NCBI RefSeq assembly: GCF_001194135.2 | Contig: NC_068986.1 | Span: forward strand, 21,316,857 to 21,380,856 | Length of the DNA stretch: 64,000 nucleotides | Source of the DNA: Octopus bimaculoides | Lineage: Eukaryota | Direction of reading: 5' to 3' | Part shown: positions 61,165 through 64,000 of the stretch, in pieces | Numbering within the stretch: the stretch's first letter is position 1 | Layout: each line of letters starts with the position of its first letter | Notes under the pieces: model-generated | Told to the model about the DNA's origin: nothing | Seen by the model: only the letters and a program-made list of their open reading frames with translations | Databases searched by the model: none | Made by a program: the position numbers and the translations under genes

Positions 61165-62365
61165 TCACCATGTTGCACACATATGGTTGTGATGCATGTA
61201 CCTGGTGTACCCTTATCAGACGGGTAGTCACGATGGGTATATTGGGCTTCATATATTTGTACACCAGCATCACTTTGATGGTATGTGCTACTTTCTCACT
61301 CAATAATAATAATAATAATAATAATAATAATTTCAGATTTTGGCACAAAGCCAGCAGTTTTGGGGAAGGGTTTAAGTCGATTACATCCATCTCAATGCTC
61401 AACTGGTACTTATTTTATTGACCCCGAAAGGATGAAAGGCAAAGTCAACCATGGAAGAATTTGAACCCAGAACATAAGGATTGATAAACTGGTGCTAAGC
61501 ATTTTGCCCAGTGAGCTAATGATTCAGTCATAGCCATGTGTTGAGAGGAATTCTTTGGAATTTAAATAATTCACCTCTGGAAACATGGTGTTTCATTCAT
61601 CATCCTTAAACAACCCTTATTCAGGGAACTTTTGAGCGGGATGGGCTACTAGACCTGAAGAAAATTCTAACTGGGTCCCACCTGCAAGGTCATATGTTGT
61701 CTGTCTTGATATTAGATCACCATCTCATGCACATATGATTGTGATGCATGTGCCTGGTGTACCCTTATCAAATGGGTTGTTTTGATTGGTATATTGGGCT
61801 TCGCATATTTGTACCTCAGTGTTAGTTTGATGACATGCATTGCTCTCTCACTCAGTATTAATAATAATAATAATAATAATATTAAGCAGAATATTTATAA
61901 AAGATGGGCTACAGCAAATATTCTGCTTAATACCAGAGATTTGCTTGTCAGTTGTTTGACCTTAACCAGTTGGGCATGCCCCTTGGTGGCTGACGATATG
62001 TGCATCTCTGATCATGAGCAGAAGTAGTGGGGGAGAGGAATTCTTTGGGGTTTGAATAATTCACCTTTGGAAACATGAGTGTTTTGCTCAACATCCTTAA
62101 ACGAACCTTATTCAGGGACCTTTTGAGCTGGATGGGCTACTCGACCTGAAGAAAATTCTAACTGGGCCCCCACCTGCGAGTTCATGCGGTGTTTATTTTG
62201 ATATGAGATCACCATGTCGCGCACATATGGTTGTGATGCATGTGCCTGGTGTACCCTTATAAAACAGGTAGTCATGATGGGTATAATGGGCTTCGTATAT
62301 TTTACCCCAGTATCACTTTGATGGCATGCACTGCTCTCTCACTCAATAATAGTAATAATAATAAT
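61165..62365 (+). mobile_element. Array of three copies of an unclassified (AAT)n-tailed retroposon, with a SINE inserted at about 61330-61520
   Basis: Block CACCATG..GCACATATGGTTGTGATGCATGTGCCTGGTGTACCCTTATC...CTCTCTCACTCAATAATAAT repeated three times. Confidence 0.75.
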
Positions 62366-63673
62366 GTAGAGTATATATTTATTTATCAATGAATATATTT
62401 CAGTTACACAAATATTTCAATACATCAGTACTTTTTGTTTCAAAAGTATAACAGTTTTGTAAATGAAATACTTATGTACCAAAATGCATGTACAAGTGTA
62501 AGATGTTTTTCAATCTATGTTATGTATTTAACCATTAGGTACATCATTGGTTATGTGGTTAGGAAATGTGCTTCCCAACCAAATGGTTTCAGGTTTAGTC
62601 CCTGCATGGCACCTTGGATATTGGTGACATGAACGAGTCCAATAAATGACATTCACATAACAATGCCACCAACCCTTTTGCAACTACTCTGTGGATACAA
62701 GAAGAAATATGTCTTTCTTGGTATTTCTTATTCTAGTTTAGTAAATCTTACACTCCTAGTGAAATATGCATCTAGGCTGATACTAGTAAACAAGAATTTA
62801 TACCTTATGTTTATATTTATTTAGAGAGCTACTGATATTTTTGTTGACTTAAATATTTAAAACCAACACGAAGCAAACATATATGACAAATTAATCCAGC
62901 ATCAACTATTTTGGGCTTGGAAAATTACCCATAATTCCCAAGTGGAATATATATTAATGGCAGAACTAGCGCTTTGCACACCAGTGGAGCACAATTAGTC
63001 TTTACAAATGCATATGCTATGCAAAGTAAATCTAATGTGAAATATAATGAGGTCACCCTATTCTCATTCTCCTTACTCTGGCATTCTACCAACTCTGCAG
63101 GTTGTATAAAGCAAGCACATTGCTTATTATCCAGAAGATTAGGGAAGGAGACTTAAATTTGCCTGTGATGGTTGAGATTGGATAGAACAAATTCAGCAGA
63201 GATATCCAATGCAACTAATGAAATAGTTAGCAACTCACACGATCAGATTTGTGTGACTATTTTTAAAGATTAAATATCTAGTAAAGTTTTAATGATAGCA
63301 ACAAACTGTTGATTCAAGTAAAACAAATAACACAGTGCAAAAAAAAAAGAAAAATGGCTTTGTTTGGATTTGTATCACAAGATCACAGAAAACAAAGATT
63401 ATAGACCATACGTAGCAACCCACTCAAAAGTTTGAGCATACACATTATAATGATGTAACCCAGCATCAATTGTGTGCTGTACGTGTGTGTGTGTGTGTGG
63501 CAGCATTTTATGCATTGTCATTGACATCATCATTGTCGTCATCATCGTCATCACCATCACCACCACCACCATCATCATGTATATATGTATATATATGTAT
63601 ATATATATATATATATACATGTATACATATACACACATATATATATCTATACATATGTGTGTATGTATAAATA

Positions 63674-64000
63674 TCTATATATATAAAAATGAGAATGTGT
63701 GTCTGTCTGTCTGTCTGTCTGTGTGAATCCCTAAAACTCGAGAACTACGCAACCAATTTCATTCAAATTTTACAGATGCCTTACTTAGGGTTCCAGTTGT
63801 GTTTTAGTCAAAAAAAATTTTAACTTCTTGCAGAGTTCGAGCCCACAGCAACATAATATCTCCTCCACTATTTAAGTATTACGTGTCAAAAGTGAAACAA
63901 AAACACTCCTGTCAAATACTTTCACTTTAAAAATGAAACTATTCTACTAACTGAAACAATCACATTTCGATACTGTAATGACAGATACTTTCAGAGAGAG
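63674..64000 (+). mobile_element. Probable non-autonomous Helitron/HINE-type element (runs off window end)
   Basis: TCTATATATATAAAA start, (TGTC)n tract, then ACTACGCAACCAATTTCATTCAAATTTT, typical of Helitron-related short elements. Confidence 0.55.

Noticed and set aside
60837-61421. Poly-I/Y/L ORFs
   Set aside because: Translations of (ATA)n microsatellites
61650-61690. CTGAAGA in the AAT-tailed family as a hammerhead core
   Set aside because: No downstream stem II, GAAAC or GUH triplet

Overview
AT-rich, repeat-dense eukaryotic genomic DNA with no prokaryotic features or CRISPR arrays. Its SINE/RTE repeat complement looks like that of an octopod cephalopod (inference from recognised repeat sequence; no database search was run). 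Two intron-rich housekeeping genes are arranged head-to-head. eIF3c lies on the minus strand: 9 coding exons from 12758 down to 1248 give 281 N-terminal codons, the rest lies beyond the window start, and there is a probable non-coding first exon near 16246-16300. AP5M1 (AP-5 mu subunit) lies on the plus strand: 13 phase-consistent coding exons from 24812 to 51134 give about 464 aa, and the first coding exon (about 24 aa) was not confidently found. Almost none of the supplied ORF track is real coding sequence, because the true exons are short. Introns and intergenic DNA hold tRNA-derived SINEs, RTE, HERO and R4/Dong LINE remnants, hAT- and piggyBac-type MITEs, a full-length decayed mariner, a Helitron-like end, two tRNA pseudogenes, microsatellites and three N gaps. 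The most unusual observations are: a 70-bp GC-rich element made only of inverted repeats with a perfect 8-bp target-site duplication (Merlin-like micro-MITE); a neighbouring 170-bp foldback; an intronic GC island with clustered YY1/NRF1/ETS-like motifs; a decayed minimal hammerhead-like motif; and a near-identical inverted RTE pair flanking three AP5M1 exons. I found no evidence of a wholly new multi-gene system.
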